NCBI RefSeq assembly: GCF_022045235.1
Contig: NW_027266269.1
Location: forward strand, 18,848,001-18,912,000
Reading direction: 5' to 3'
Length of the DNA stretch: 64,000 nucleotides
Source of the DNA: Haliotis cracherodii
Lineage: Eukaryota
The notes below the pieces were generated by a model. The model was not told the DNA's origin and did not search any database. It worked only from the letters and a program-made list of their open reading frames with translations. Position numbers and translations under genes: made by a program. This document shows, piece after piece, positions 12,933 to 26,148 of the stretch (its first letter is position 1; each line of letters starts with the position of its first letter).

Positions 12933-14116
12933 TAAATAACTGTCATCGGCTACAAAAGAACGCATAGAACTGTGATCACCTTGAGGAATGGTAATCTGGT
13001 TGATATTTTTCTATCTATATTTATTATATCTATAACGGACATAACATCCTTGACCTTCTTATGGACTTTAATCATTGGCTGCAAGATAACCTCAAGCTGC
13101 TGGCAGCAAGAAAATGCATTATTGGAATCCTCATAAAGACTCTCTTTTCCTTCATCAGACACCGAGGCAGTGTTTTTTTATGATCAAATATACAAGCCAC
13201 TTCAACAGCAAACCATTTCCGACCACGGTTTACGACTTATTCCAATACTTAAACATAGATCTATGCTAGTCCAAGGCAAGCAGGTCCATCAACAAGCCAT
13301 TACTCACCACATTGTAGATGGTAATCTGACCACAGAAGCTACTGAAACTACAATACCAAAATAAAGATCTGAGATACTATGGCAGCGTTTTTTTCATTGT
13401 CAAATATACTCAGTTTAAAGATGAATCTAACCCAGCCCAGATTTCAAAATGCCGGTTCGTAGTAATATGTATTAATTGTTTCACCTATAGAAGCTCTAGT
13501 TTCAATGGCACTTAACATGAGCCTCTAGTTTCAAGGGCACTTAAAGATGAGCCTCTGGTTTAAAGGGTTATATAAATAGAACTCTAGTTTCAAGGGCTCT
13601 TAATGCGAGCCTCTCGTTTCAAGAGGTCGTAACACAAGTTTCTGGTTTCAAGGTCTCTGAAAGTGGGGTGAGGTGAAATGGAGTTTAACGTCATGTTCAA
13701 ATACATTGTACTTATATAGTGAAGTGCATCGCATGTGTGTGTGGGGTGGGTAATTGTTGGTAATTATTATTGGGACTTAACTCATGGACTCAATTGCAAG
13801 CTCCTTTTTATGTTTCCGGAACAGAGTTGATTGTCTCAATTTGTCTGGCTGACTTGTTGTACCTGCTGGTATTTGCACTATCATGGAGCCATTTTGGAGC
13901 CATTATGTAGCTGGAGTTTTTGTTTTTGTTTTTGTAATTGTTTAAAAGTAGACCATTTCAAGTTCTCATTATTTCCATTTTTACATTCCCTCAACAGAGT
14001 TAAATGTTCTGATTTCTCTTGTGCTGACATCTTGTAAGGGCAGGTATTTCCTCTATCATGGAGCTAGTTTGGAGCTAGAATGACCTGGGTTATATTCTTA
14101 TTGTTGTTATTATAAA

Positions 14117-14423
14117 GGTGATGTGAAATGGGGTTTAACGTTGCGTCCAAGATTATTGCACTTATATAGCGACGTGCATGCACGTGTGTGTGTGTGTGTG
14201 TGGCTGCTTGTACTAGTCCGGACTGATGCCGATTTATAGTGCTAGCCCACTGAGAAACCATGCTGCAGTTTAACATGAATACCCTACTCAGACACAATAT
14301 ACTGAGTAGACCGAGTCGACCAGTCAGTGTTTTAGCCCCTTAATGCCAGGTACAATTTTTTAACGTATGACTAGGTCGGGGATCAAACCCACGACCTTCC
14401 GCTCTCCAAAGGACGCTCTACTA
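14117..14423 (-). mobile_element. Family 2 SINE copy
   Basis: Similar to the 40329 copy; the head runs directly into an 80-bp tandem repeat. Confidence 0.8.
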
Positions 14424-14660
14424 GCATATTTCAAGTCAACTGGCCACACCAGTCTTGACGTTGTTCACGAGAAGGGTCAGGGAACCGTCCCAGTGCTCTA
14501 CTAGCATATTTCAAGTTAACTGGCCACACAGATCTTGACGTTGTTCACGAGAAGGGTTAGGGAACCACCCCAGTGCTCTACTAGCATATTTCAAGTTAAC
14601 TGGCCACACAGATCTTGACGTTGTTCACGAGAAGGGTTAGGGAACCACCCCAGTGCTCTA
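14415..14660. repeat. 80-bp tandem repeat, 3 copies
   Basis: CTAGCATATT at 14421, 14501 and 14581. Confidence 0.95.
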
Positions 14661-15004
14661 CGTCAGGGGGGAACTGAAACTTCTTCTGACATGAAAAAAG
14701 GTAAAATTCCTTCAATGCGGTCACCAAACCCTCCCCTGCTGTTAATCTGATTAGCTGAAATCAAGCTAAACCGTTTTGTAGGGAAAAAATATGGGCCTTT
14801 TTCTGATACCGTCAAATTTGCCTAATTTGTCCACAGGTGATTGCAGAGCAAAACAGACTTGTGTGGTGTCTCTCTGGAACATCACCAAGTGCTGAGTATT
14901 CCCCTCACTTAACAACTTAACTTAATTAAATTACATACCATGCACCCTGTGGGCTTTAGAGGGTAGACCATTCCTCATCCAACACATTGCGCTTTTAAAT
15001 ACAG

Positions 15005-15745
15005 GATTCCAGTCTCAAGAGCTCTTAAAGACAAGATTCTATTGCTTTTATAGACTGCTTTCTTATGTCAAGGACTCTTAAACACATTCCTCTAGGATGA
15101 AGGGCTCTTACAGACATACCTCTGGCTTGAAAGGCATATATAGATAGGCTTCTAGTTTCGAAAGTTTGTGAAGACAAACCTCTAGATAAACGGCTCCTAA
15201 AGACAGTAGTTAAGTTTCAAGTGCTCTGAGAGACAAGGTTCTAGTTTCAAGGGTTCTTAAAGGCCAAATTTTAGTTTCAAGACCAATAAGGACAGGAATC
15301 TGGTCTCAAGATTTGTCTGTTTGTTTCTAAATGCCGCACTCAGCAATATTCCAGCAACATGACGACGGTCTGTAAATAATCGAGTCTAGACCAGACAATC
15401 CGGTGATTGATATCATAAGCATCAATCAACGCAATAGGGAGACGATGACATGCATCAACCAAGTCAGTGAGCCTGACCACCCGATCCGGTTAGTCGCCTC
15501 TTACGACAAGCACAGACGCCTCTTACAAGCATGGTTTGCTGAAGACCTTTTCTAACCCGGATCTTCACAGGTATCTGGCTTCAAAAGGTATAAAAGCAGG
15601 CCTCTAGTTTCAAGAGCTCTTTAAGATCAGCCTCTGTCTTCAAGGGATCTTGAAGAGAAGAATTTAGTTTCAAGGCAATAAAGACAGCCATCTGTCTTCA
15701 GGGTCTATAAAGGCCCATAGGTTCAATTCTCTTAAAAGGTAAACC
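15005..15745. repeat. Old degenerate ~31-bp satellite (CCTCTAGTTTCAAGGG..CTTAAAGA..), also at ~13490-13660
   Basis: Recurring TCT(A/G)GTTTCAAG cores; interrupted by a family 3 element. Confidence 0.75.
15313..15571 (-). mobile_element. Family 3 element, full length
   Basis: Similar to the 9737 copy; inserted within a degenerate ~31-bp satellite. Confidence 0.85.
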
Positions 15746-16717
15746 TCTATATCAACACCTCTGTGTAAATAGAACAGTCATCAAACACTTGATTTATATC
15801 TATCAAACATTTCTTGCAAGCAGCGAAAATGTGTTTTTTGAATGACTTGAATGTTGTTGAGACCGCCAACAGCAGCATCACACCACTTGTCTGTTGTCAC
15901 AGGTTCGCTACGTCGTCCCTGTGACCAGATAACATTAATCCCCACAATCTGAAAGCTCTGCATCTTCTGATTGCATGATCTACAAGACAGCCTCCTATTT
16001 GTTTGCAAATTTCTGATCGCTTATCTGAGAGAGAAACAAGATGTCTAAGGCTCTCTGCGATCTCAAGTCCTTGAATAATATTTGAATATTAATGCGGGAC
16101 TGTCATCTAAGGATCTCCGATCAAGATAGGCTGTTGTCTATTATAAAAAACTGTATATTTTCAAATATAAAATGTTTCTTTAGTTCAAACAGCCAACTCG
16201 ACTTTTCTGAAAGTGAAAAAAAGGAAAATAATAAAACACTGATAAAATTAATAAAATGTATGTATGGACAGTTGTTGTGATACTAGTACTTGTCCAAACT
16301 TGATTGTCTGGCAGATATAAGCCGTGTTAGACATCCAACAGCCCTTACTTCATGCAAATTGTGTGAGTAGCGGTTGTTATCGGTAGAGCAGGACATACAT
16401 ACCCTTTTTGTGAACACCGGATTTTAACTTATCCATTCATATAATTTTCACCACTAACATGCCAGTCTACCAGATTTGAAGACTAAAGTATATATACTCT
16501 TAAAAAACACTTTTTTAAATATTAATAAAGTAAGTACTTGAAAAATAGACGTCCTGGACTATTTGGATAAAGTTGTTTCTAGTATCTCTCAACTTGATGC
16601 TCTGTGATAGGCTATTAATTTCAAACTGTATTGTAATTAAAGCGATATTGATAACTAAACAAGCAGCCTCTGTACTTAGCACTGTCTTGTGCAACCTGTC
16701 ATGTAGCTTATGGCCAA

Positions 16718-16943
16718 CCCTGTGAAGATCCAGGTTAGAATCGGACTTCAGCAACCCACAGGGGGTGACAAATGGGATCGGGTGGTCAGACTTGCTGACT
16801 TGGCTGGTGCATGTCATCGTATCCCAATTGCGTAGATCGATGTAACATCAATGACTGTACTGCCTGGCCCAGACTTGATTATTTACAGGCAGCTGTCTTA
16901 TAGCTGGAATATTGCTGAGTGCAGTGTTAAGAAACAAACAAAA
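16718..16943 (+). mobile_element. Family 3 element, degenerate, plus orientation
   Basis: CCTGTGAAGATCCAGGTTAGAA...AGCTGGAATATTGCTGAGTG...AAACAAAC. Confidence 0.8.
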
Positions 16944-17435
16944 TGAAATGGAGTTGAAGAAATATTTATAGGTGAACAAGCGGACTGAGTACTCTACATT
17001 TTGGTGTGGGAACTAATATGTGGCTGTTAGGTCCGATCTACCTGACATACAGACACGGCAAAAAACAGCCAATTGGTCAACATACGTCTGATACAACCAC
17101 CAGCCATCTGTCCACCAATCTCAAACCACATGCTTTCATCTTAAAGAACCCCATCTGTCCATGCAGGAAACAGCACACTTACTGAATCCAATGTCAGATG
17201 ATGGGAACAATTGTAAACATGGTGAAAAACAGAATATATCTTCAACTCCCCTACACAGTACACATATGCCAAATTGGACTTCAGTATCTGCAAAATTAAC
17301 TGTTCAAGGGACAAAAGAAAGTTTTTAATGTGGGTGCCATGACAGACAATAAATTGAACAACAAATCTAAATTTAAACTTTCGGTATCATCAATGATGCG
17401 AACATGTGCGCCATGTTTCACTGTCAAAGATGTAG

Positions 17436-17596
17436 TGAGTGAGTATGGTTTAACGCCACTTTTAGCAATATTCCAGCAATATCACGGCCGGGGACACCAG
17501 AAATGGGCTTCACACATTGTATCCATGTCGGGAATCGAACCTGGGTCTTCGGAGTGATGAGCGAACGCTTTAAACACTAGGCTACCCGGCCGCCCC
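17436..17596 (-). mobile_element. Short tRNA-derived SINE (family 1), full length
   Basis: The minus strand has an A-box-like TAGCCTAGTG, a B box GGTTCGATTCC, the GCTGGAATATTGCT...GGCGTTAAAC tail and (ACTC)n. TSD AAAGATGTAG at 17426-17435 and 17597-17606. Confidence 0.9.
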
Positions 17597-18449
17597 AAAG
17601 ATGTAGAGAAGGACTTACAGAAAACAAATGAAACATGACAATTGTAACGGCAGGTATCACCATAGCGACCCTTAACGCAACAAGGAAATCCACCGATCCA
17701 CAAATAAATTCTCGTCTGTGGATTAATAAAGCATGTGTTTCGACAGTTTCTAAGTTTAAATGCACAACATGTTGACTGCTTTTCCACTTCACTTATTAAG
17801 AGAGCAAAAAATTGTATCTTGAGGCAGTGAGCAAAAAGAAATTCTGATACTGATAAAATATCCCAGGTCCCTGCAAAAACAAACCTGGCCAGTCGTTAAT
17901 GAAAGTGATTAATGATGATGACAAGTACATAATGGTGAAATATGATCCTGACTGTTCTCCTAGCAACTAATGAATATTCCTTGTTTCCCTGGTCTTCAAC
18001 TGTACATGAGCTGAGCTATCTATACATTCATGCATGAGAAGAAATTAGACTTTAAAATAAACCTCATGGTGACATGTGTTGGTGTATAGTCGTTCTTTCT
18101 GTAATGGAAATTTATGGATGAAAGTTGAAAAGTTACAGGAACTAAACTCTTTCCATAATCATTAGAGATCTCCACTGTGTCCATTTTGAAAGCTTTACTA
18201 AGATTTTGAATGTTGTAACCCTGATCAAACGACCTTTTAGTAAGAGTTGTTGAATGAAATATCTTTTGCTTATTGCAGAATTTCTGCCTCATCATCTATA
18301 TTAAATGGTTGTCAGGCTGAGAGTGATGGTTAACCAATGGCAACCCTTGTCCAATGCAACACTGATACTACCAACAAAGAATAAAGGACCTGATGATATG
18401 AAGGTGTAATGACGATAAATGTCTGTCAAATTAATTTCAGGCATGTAGA

Positions 18450-19460
18450 TCAATATCTTGTCCACCATCTTGGGTGATACATGCATGACACCTTGATGGA
18501 ATTCTGTTGATTAACTTGCATATGGTTGCCCTTGGTACTGCCCGCCATTCCGCCTGAAGAGCTACTCCAAGCTTGGCCACATTGGTGGATGCTGGGTCTC
18601 CGTACATTCTCTGCCCGAGAACATCCTACAGATAGGAGACAGGTCAGGGAGCATAGTGGGCCAGTCTAATGTCTCCTCGTCAGATATAATCGGTGGCGAC
18701 CTTGGCACCATGTGGCCTGGAATTGTCATCTTGCAGTTCAAAATTTCTGCCGATAATTCTAATGAAAGGAACAACACAAAATGTTGTCAACATATCGCTG
18801 GGCAGATAAAATCACTTCGCCTGTCCTGTGTGATACCAGCTCACACCATGACAACTAATAGCGATCATGGTCAAGATTTGTTCCCCATGCATATCACCAA
18901 CTGCGTCACCGACAAGGTTTCTGCCCTCTGTGAGCTGGAGGCAAACCTTTATTACCGGTACATCTGTAAACATGGTATACCGCCATTGGTGCAGAGCCCG
19001 ACCCTGGTGTTGCCTAGCCCACTCCAATCTTGCCACCTATTGTAAGCTGTTAGGGTCACACCCTCCACAGGTCCCCTTGCTTTCATGCAGGCTGGTTGTC
19101 AAAGGTAGACATTAAAATGTTTTCCTGGTATTTAAGGATTTCTCTATTGATAACAGAAGCATTTTGGAATCTATTGCATAGAGCCATTAAGGTAATGGGA
19201 TAATCTTGTCAGGGTGTCGTTTTGTTAGGCCTGCCACGCCCAGGTTTCATTGCAGCTCCACCCGATTGACGGTACTTGTCCCACAGTCAAGAAATTACAC
19301 TTTTTGATTGGCCATATTATACCCACAATTCACCTTTTTTTCTGTTCATTGAGATACTGTCTCGTAGGCATTTTTTTAAAGTGTGTGCTTAGCTCAATTG
19401 CATGAGTGATTGTGAGTTCTCCTACAGACGCCAAACTTTGGTTTCTGTGTGCACACATCA
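18450..19460 (-). pseudogene. Decayed Tc1/mariner-type transposase relic
   Basis: Frameshifted minus-strand fragments occur in canonical order: KPGRGRPNKTTP (GRPR-like linker, ~19250), RLEWARQHQGRALHQWRYTMFTD (first catalytic D region), TLDWPTMLPDLSPI (WPxxSPDLxPI motif) and LINRIPSRCHACITQDGG (Tc1 C-terminus). Stops and frameshifts are present. Confidence 0.85.
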
Positions 19461-20497
19461 TCTGATGTCTAGAATCTTGGTCCTTCAACCAATTAATTGC
19501 AACTACATACCCCTGGCAAATAACTGGACACTGTAACTATGTATTTCAATAGTAAATAGCAATTATATTACATCGTGTCTCGCATAGATCTTCTGACGAA
19601 CAATACATGTTATTGTTTACAAAGTAGCATACTCATTTTGAAATACAGAAACCAGAATCAATGATGTAATGACATATTCTGCAATTGTTCCAGGCAATAG
19701 TTATTTGACTAGCCTTTCATGTCCTTCCTCCCATCGTGTGGATTTAACATCTGGTCCCAAATGTGCTTACTGTTCTAAACTGAATATAGTGCAGTTATAG
19801 CTACAGATGGCCTGTCTACATTGAAAACAGTGATTATATAATACATCCCAAATAACTACGACCATATCACTTCATAGAAATCTATCCATTACGTCAGTGT
19901 ATCAAGTCATTTTGTAAGCCACTGAATATTAACTCACATGTAATCATTCACATTGGGCGTTGATAGTTTTCTTCAGGTATTGAATATATTTCCACTCTCT
20001 TGGATCCAGTCTAATGGGTATTTTTTAACCAACAAGAGGATTGAAGAAATAATCTTCAGAAACATGCTTATGCATATTTGATTTCAAGCAATTCAAAATG
20101 AACTCGGTAATGGTTATTCTTAGTGGATATTTATGCAAAATACAAAGCTTATCTGGAGATGATATTATGCTAACAAAATGCAATTAATTACTATCACAAC
20201 ATCTGATTTATTCACGACTGTTTAAACTCAACGTACCTAGCAAACTTTCAGCACCACAGTCTCTTCTGTGACACTGGTGCAAATCTTGCTGGGATATGAC
20301 AAAAGAATCCTGGCCACAGAACAGTGGAGTGAGTTCATTATGAGCTACACGATAAATCAATGTAAAGGACATTTAATTAAGCGTGGAATGTGCCGGCCAT
20401 TTCCCCATCAGAGATAGTATCTGTGACACTGGGTATTGTCATTGACAAGCAATAGGCATCAAGGACAAGGCCTACCACAAGGCTGACCGGTCCAAAC

Positions 20498-20754
20498 GGA
20501 GAGGGAGATAGAGAGATGGGATGAAGACAGAGAGGGAGATAGAGAGATGGGGTGAAGACAGAGAGGGAGATAGAGAGATGGGGTGAAGACGGAGAGGGAG
20601 ATAGAGAGATGGGATGAAGACAGAGAGGGAGATAGAGAGATGGGGTGAAGGTGGGAAATGGGGAGGTGGAGATGGGGAAGGGAGTGGAGGGTTGTGCGAG
20701 TGGATGGGGTTAATTAGGAAAGTGAAGTTGACAGTAGAAGGGTTGATTGAGAAT

Positions 20755-20828
<74 letters not shown>

Positions 20829-21210
20829 AAGAGAGGGTTGATAGGGAATAGGGTGGTTGAGAGTTGAAGGGGTTGATAGTGTAAAAGAGATTGTAAGAGG
20901 AGGGGTGTAGGGAAAGGGGGGTTGTGAGGGGAGGGGGTTGATAGAGAAAGGGGGTTGTGAGAGGAGGGGGTGGTAGAGAAAGGGGTTGACAGAGAAAGGG
21001 AGTGGTGAGTAGATGGGGTTGACAGAAAAAGCGGGGTTTGAGAAGGGTGTTGACAGAAAAAGGAGATTTTGAGAAGAGGAGGTTGTAAGAAGAGGGGGTT
21101 GTAAGAAGAGGGGGTTGAAAGAAGAGGGAGTTGATTGGACATGGCAGGAGGTTGTGAGAGGAGAGGGTTGATAGAGAAAGTGAGGTTGTAAGAGAGATTG
21201 AGGAGTCACA
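20498..21210. repeat. Purine-rich low-complexity block: 31-bp repeat x4, (GT)~35 microsatellite (~20757-20827) and degenerate GAGGGGGTTG repeats
   Basis: Direct inspection. Confidence 0.9.
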
Positions 21211-22624
21211 GAAGTTAAACTCCATCTGTTCGAGGTCCTCCCAGCTTTAGAGCAGTATACCAGCGCTAGAGAAATGCTTAGTTATTATTATTATTTAAGA
21301 ACAGGGGATTTGAGAGAGAGGGTAGCTGGAGAGTGGCTGAGAGAAAAGGGTTGGGAGAGATTATTATCTGCAACACTGTCTTTGTTATCGGCAATCAATA
21401 CCAGTGCAGCTTGGAAACACCATCAAGTCACATACTGACAAGAACCAAACACATTGGTGAGAGGCTGAGGTTAAGAGAAGTTGTGGAAGAAGTCATCATC
21501 ATCATCATCATCAATAAAAATTAAACTAATGAATTCTTTCATTATATGAATCATGAAACGAAACGTTACAGGGCCCTCTAAAACACAAGACACTACGACA
21601 CAAGCTCTATTTCCACCTGTCAATGATTGACATCTTCATCTTCAGAATGATGCAGCATCATCTTCACAACTGAGAACCAAGTTCCCTAACACTTCAATAT
21701 TTCCCCTGGCATGTCACAGCTGTTTCCAGGATCCATGCCAGGACCACCAGACACCATACCAGGTTTACAACTGCCGCCTAATGAGTGGGCAGTACAACTG
21801 ATTAACTTGATAATCCAGTGCAAACAGAGGTTAATTAACACAGGATATCGGCCTCACTGTTTGCCGATTATGGCCCTGTGATGGTGGAACAACCACTGGT
21901 CTTAGCACCGTGGTCACGATACGATGGCTATGCTGGCGATAGCGTGACACTGTTCAATACCATCGACGTGCTATATGGTCAGTTCGCTGTGAGAAGCAAT
22001 CGTGCGAGCATCGTGCTGAGTCTTGTATCAGCAGCAACGACGGCCCATGTTAGCACTGCCGATGCTGTGACTTGGATTACCTGATAACGCAGAACTGACA
22101 AGGTTTGGATGTGATTATTTTATTTGATACAAGCAATATTGCTATTCTTTGCTGTAAGCTGCCAATTGTAACTTGATTATTGCTGACAAGATTGACAAGG
22201 TTGGATATGTTTTCATTTGTTCCAATCAAGACAGCTATTCCCAGAGTCAGGCTGACTAAAGTGCTTTGATTATTGTTGACAAGATCAGGCAAGTTTAACA
22301 ATGTTCCGATATGTTTTATTTCATACTCCTAAACTGTTGTTCCTCAAGCTAGTCTGCCTATATCATAGCGACAATATTATTGACAAATCAGACAATTTGA
22401 CAATGCTTGGACATGCTTTCTTTTGATACTCATCAACTAGTTGTTTGATACTCTTAAAACAGTAGCTTGGTTATTACTAATATGTTCTATTTGATACTCT
22501 CAAAATAGTTAATCCTTATGCTAGGCTAATATATCATAGCAACATGATTATTGGAGACAACTTAGGTAAAATTGACAATGCTTGGATATGTTTTATTTGA
22601 TATACCTTGGTTATTACTGTTATG

Positions 22625-22813
22625 TGTTGTTTGTCGTTTGTTGTTGAACGCCTCACTCAGCAATATTCCAGCTATATGATGGCGGTCTGTAAATAACCGA
22701 ATCTGGACCAGACGATCCAGTGATTGACATCGTGAGCATTGATCCACGCAATAGTCGCCTGCTATGGCAAGCATGGGCTGCTGAAGATCTATTCTGCCTC
22801 GGATCTTCACGGG
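22625..22813 (-). mobile_element. Family 3 element with internal deletion
   Basis: Both termini are intact; part of the middle is missing. Confidence 0.8.
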
Positions 22814-22819
22814 TCGTTT

Positions 22820-23650
22820 GAAACTCTTAAAATAGAAACTTGGTTATTACTTATGTGTTTCTTACTCTTGAAATAGAAACTTGGTTATTACTTATGTGTT
22901 TCTTACTCTTGAAATAGAAACATGGTTATTACTTATGTGTTTCTTACTCTTAAAATAGAAACATGGTTATTACTTATGTGTTTCTTACTCTTAAAATAGA
23001 AACATGGTTATTACTTATGTGTTTCTTACTCTTAAAATAGAAACTTGGTTATTACTTATGTGTTTCTTACTCTTGAAATAGAAACTTGGTTATTACTTAT
23101 GTGTTTCTTACTCTTAAAATAGAAACATGGTTATTACTTATGTGTTTCTTACTCTTAAAATAGAAACATGGTTATTACTTATGTGTTTCTTACTCTTGAA
23201 ATAGAAACTTGGTTATTACTTATGTGTTTCTTACTCTTAAAATAGAAACTTGGTTATTACTTATGTGTTTCTTACTCTTGAAATAGAAACTTGGTTATTA
23301 CTTATGTGTTTCTTACTCTTAAAATAGAAACATGGTTATTACTTATGTGTTTCTTACTCTTAAAATAGAAACTTGGTTATTACTTATGTGTTTCTTACTC
23401 TTGAAATAGAAACTTGGTTATTACTTATGTGTTTCTTACTCTTGAAATAGAAACTTGGTTATTACTTACATGTTTGATATTCTCTAACTAGAAATTTGGT
23501 TATTAGTGATATGTGTTTCATACTCTCCAAAAAGAAACTTGGTTATTACTTATGTGTTTGATACTCTCCAAATAGAATCTTGGTTATAACTGATAGTTTT
23601 TTGATACTCTTAAAATAGAAGCTTGGTTATAACTGATATGTGTTTGATAC
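22820..23650. repeat. AT-rich minisatellite, 41-bp unit (~20 copies), with degenerate related sequence at ~22090-22620
   Basis: Unit ACTCTT(G/A)AAATAGAAAC(T/A)TGGTTATTACTTATGTGTTTCTT. Confidence 0.95.
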
Positions 23651-24022
23651 TTTTAAAACGGTGCTGACAGTCAGACAGTCTGACCAGTGTAAAGGCAGCA
23701 GTAGAAACTAACAGTTTCAGTCCACTAGTCCTCATAATGATAACATAAAGCAAAACCCCTAAAAATGGCAAATTTCTACTAGTCCTTATGATACCTTTAC
23801 TATTAGGCAGTTTGGCCCAAACTACAGGACCAGTGCCAATTTCTAACCCTGGAAGGGTGTCCTCATCGTAGAGAGAGGGCACTTCTTTTATTAAGAAGCC
23901 GGCCTAATGTTGTGTTGGTGTCATTCATGTGAAAGCTGTTTTCCCTGCACTAACATTGATGCCAAATGAAACATGTCATCTACTTGATTATCAATTAGTG
24001 GAAGTGGTCACCTGCTGTATGA

Positions 24023-24280
24023 AGTGAGGTGAGGCGAGGCGAGACGGGGTGGTATGGTGTTTAATTCTCGCGTTCAAGATTATAGCACTTATATAGCAAT
24101 TATGTTCATGCGTGCGTGCGTGCATGCGTGTGTGCATGTCTGTGTCCGCTTGTTCTAGTCTGGACTACTGCTGGTTTTATAGTGCCTGCCACGGAGATAC
24201 CACGCCACGGTTTAACATGAATGCCCTACTCAGACACGGTATACTGACTCTGACCCGTTTTGACTTGTTTTATCCATTTA
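24023..24280 (-). mobile_element. Family 2 SINE, 5'-truncated
   Basis: (GTGAG)n tail and body similarity. Confidence 0.75.
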
Positions 24281-24354
24281 ATGTTGCAGCTGAGACCATG
24301 CTCAAGACAACAGTATCCATCACATCACAGTACTGGCATGACATGGGGTGAAAT

Positions 24355-24511
24355 GAATGAGTGAGTGTGGTTTTACACCGCTTTTAGCAATATTCCAGCA
24401 ATATCACGGCAGGGGACACCAGAAATGGGCTTCACACATTGTACTTGTGTCGGGAATCAAACCTGTGTCTTGGGCATCACGAGCAAGCGCTGTAACCACT
24501 ATGCTACCCGA
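24355..24511 (-). mobile_element. Family 1 SINE copy
   Basis: High similarity to the 17436 and 56005 copies. Confidence 0.85.
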
Positions 24512-24544
24512 CTGATGATATAAAGATGATTGCATTCACAGTAT

Positions 24545-24840
24545 AGTGACATGCATGCACATGTATGTGAGTGTGGCTGCTTGTACTAGTCTAGACTAAT
24601 GCCGGTTTTATAGTGCTAGTCCACTGAGATATCATGACGCAGTTTAACATGGATACCCCACTCAGACACAGTGGACTGACTCTGAGCGGACCAGTCCTTG
24701 TATTGTTCCTTTAATACCGAGTGGCAGGCAGGGTAACAAGTACCATCTTTTAACATCTTTTGGTATGACAAAGCTGGTGATTGAACCACCGACCTTCTGC
24801 ACTCCTGCAGACTCTCTATCCACTTGACCACGGAGGCGTT
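24545..24840 (-). mobile_element. Family 2 SINE whose head seeds the adjacent 40-bp array
   Basis: Body similarity; the terminal GCAGACTCTCTATCCACTTGACCACGGAGGCG matches the array unit. Confidence 0.8.
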
Positions 24841-26148
24841 CTTTAGGCAGACTCTATATCCATGAGACCACAGAGGCGGTCTTTGGGCAGACTCTCTATC
24901 CATGAGACCACAGAGGCGGTCTTTGGGCAGACACTATATCCATGAGACCACAGAGGCGGTCTTTGGGCAGACTCTCTATCCATGAAACCACAGAGGCGGT
25001 CTTTGGGCAGACTCTATATCCACAAGACCACAAAAGTGGTCTTTGGGCAGACTCCCTATCCGCTAGACCCCGGAGGCGGTCTTTAGGCAGGCTCTCAATC
25101 CACTAGACCACAGAAGCGGTCTGTGGGCAGACTCTCATTCCACAAGACCATGGAGGCGGTCTTTGGGCAGACTCTCAATCCACTAGACCACAGAGGCAGT
25201 CTTTGGGCAGACTCTTTATCCACTAGACCACGTAAGTGGTCTTTGGGCAGACTCTCTATCCACTAGACCACAAAAATGGTCTTTGGACAGACTCTCTATC
25301 CACTAGACCACAGAGGCAGTCTTTGGGCAGGCTCTCTATCCACAAGACCACAGAGGCGGTCTTTGGGCAGACTCTCTATCCACTAGACCACGTAAGTGGT
25401 CTTTGGGCAGACTCTCTATCCACTAGACCACAAAAATGGTCTTTGGACAGACTCTCTATCCACTAGACCACAGAGGCAGTCTTTGGGCAGGCTCTCTATC
25501 CACAAGACCACAGAGGCGGTCTTTGGGCAGACTCTCTATCCACTAAACCACGGAGGCAGTCTTTGGGCAGGCTCTATATCCACTAGACCACTGAGGCAGT
25601 CTTTGGGCAGACTCTATATCCACTAGACCACGGAAGTGGTCTTTGGGCAGACTCTCTATCCACTAGACCCCAGAGGCGGTCTTTAGGCAGGCTCTCAATC
25701 CACTAAACCACAGAAGTGGTCTTTGGGCAGACTCTCCATCCACAAGACCATGGAGGCAATCTTTGAGCAGATTCTCGATCCACTAGACCACAGAGGCCGT
25801 CTTTAGGCAGACTCTCTATCAACTAGACCACGGAGGCAGTCTTTGGGAAGACTCTCGATCCACAAGACCATGGAGGCAATCTTTGAGCAGATTCTCAATC
25901 CACTAGACCCCGGAGGCGGTCTTTAGGCAGGCTCTAAATCCACTAGACCATAGAAGTGGTCTTTGGGCAGGCTCTCAATCCACTAGACCACAGAAGTGGT
26001 CTTTGGGCAGACTCTCGATCCACAAGACCATGGAGGCAATCTTTGAGCAGATTCTCGATCCACTAGACCACTGAGGTGGTCTTTGTGCAGACTCTCTATC
26101 CATGAGACAACGGAGTCAATCTTTGGGCAGATTCTCTATCCACTAGAC
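24815..26148. repeat. Minisatellite, 40-bp unit (~33 copies), derived from a SINE tRNA head
   Basis: Unit GCAGACTCTCTATCCACTAGACCACAGAGGCGGTCTTTGG. Followed by a 21-bp repeat x3 at ~26148-26200. Confidence 0.95.

Noticed and set aside
13125-13165. Hammerhead ribozyme core look-alikes (CTGATGA...GAAA on minus here; CTGATGAG at ~144 and ~28402)
   Set aside because: No helix II or helix I pairing, or no correctly placed GAAA.
15850-16040. Strong minus-strand acceptor (TGTTTCTCTCTCAG at ~16025) as a coding exon
   Set aside because: All three downstream frames reach stops without a clear donor or recognisable peptide; a non-coding exon cannot be excluded.
20472-21225. Pro/Ser/His-Thr-rich ORFs of 142-245 aa
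   Set aside because: Translation of low-complexity purine-rich and (GT)n sequence.
21878-22084. 68-aa ORF in a CpG-rich unique block
   Set aside because: No recognisable motif or convincing splice signals, and the minus frames contain stops; left unassigned.
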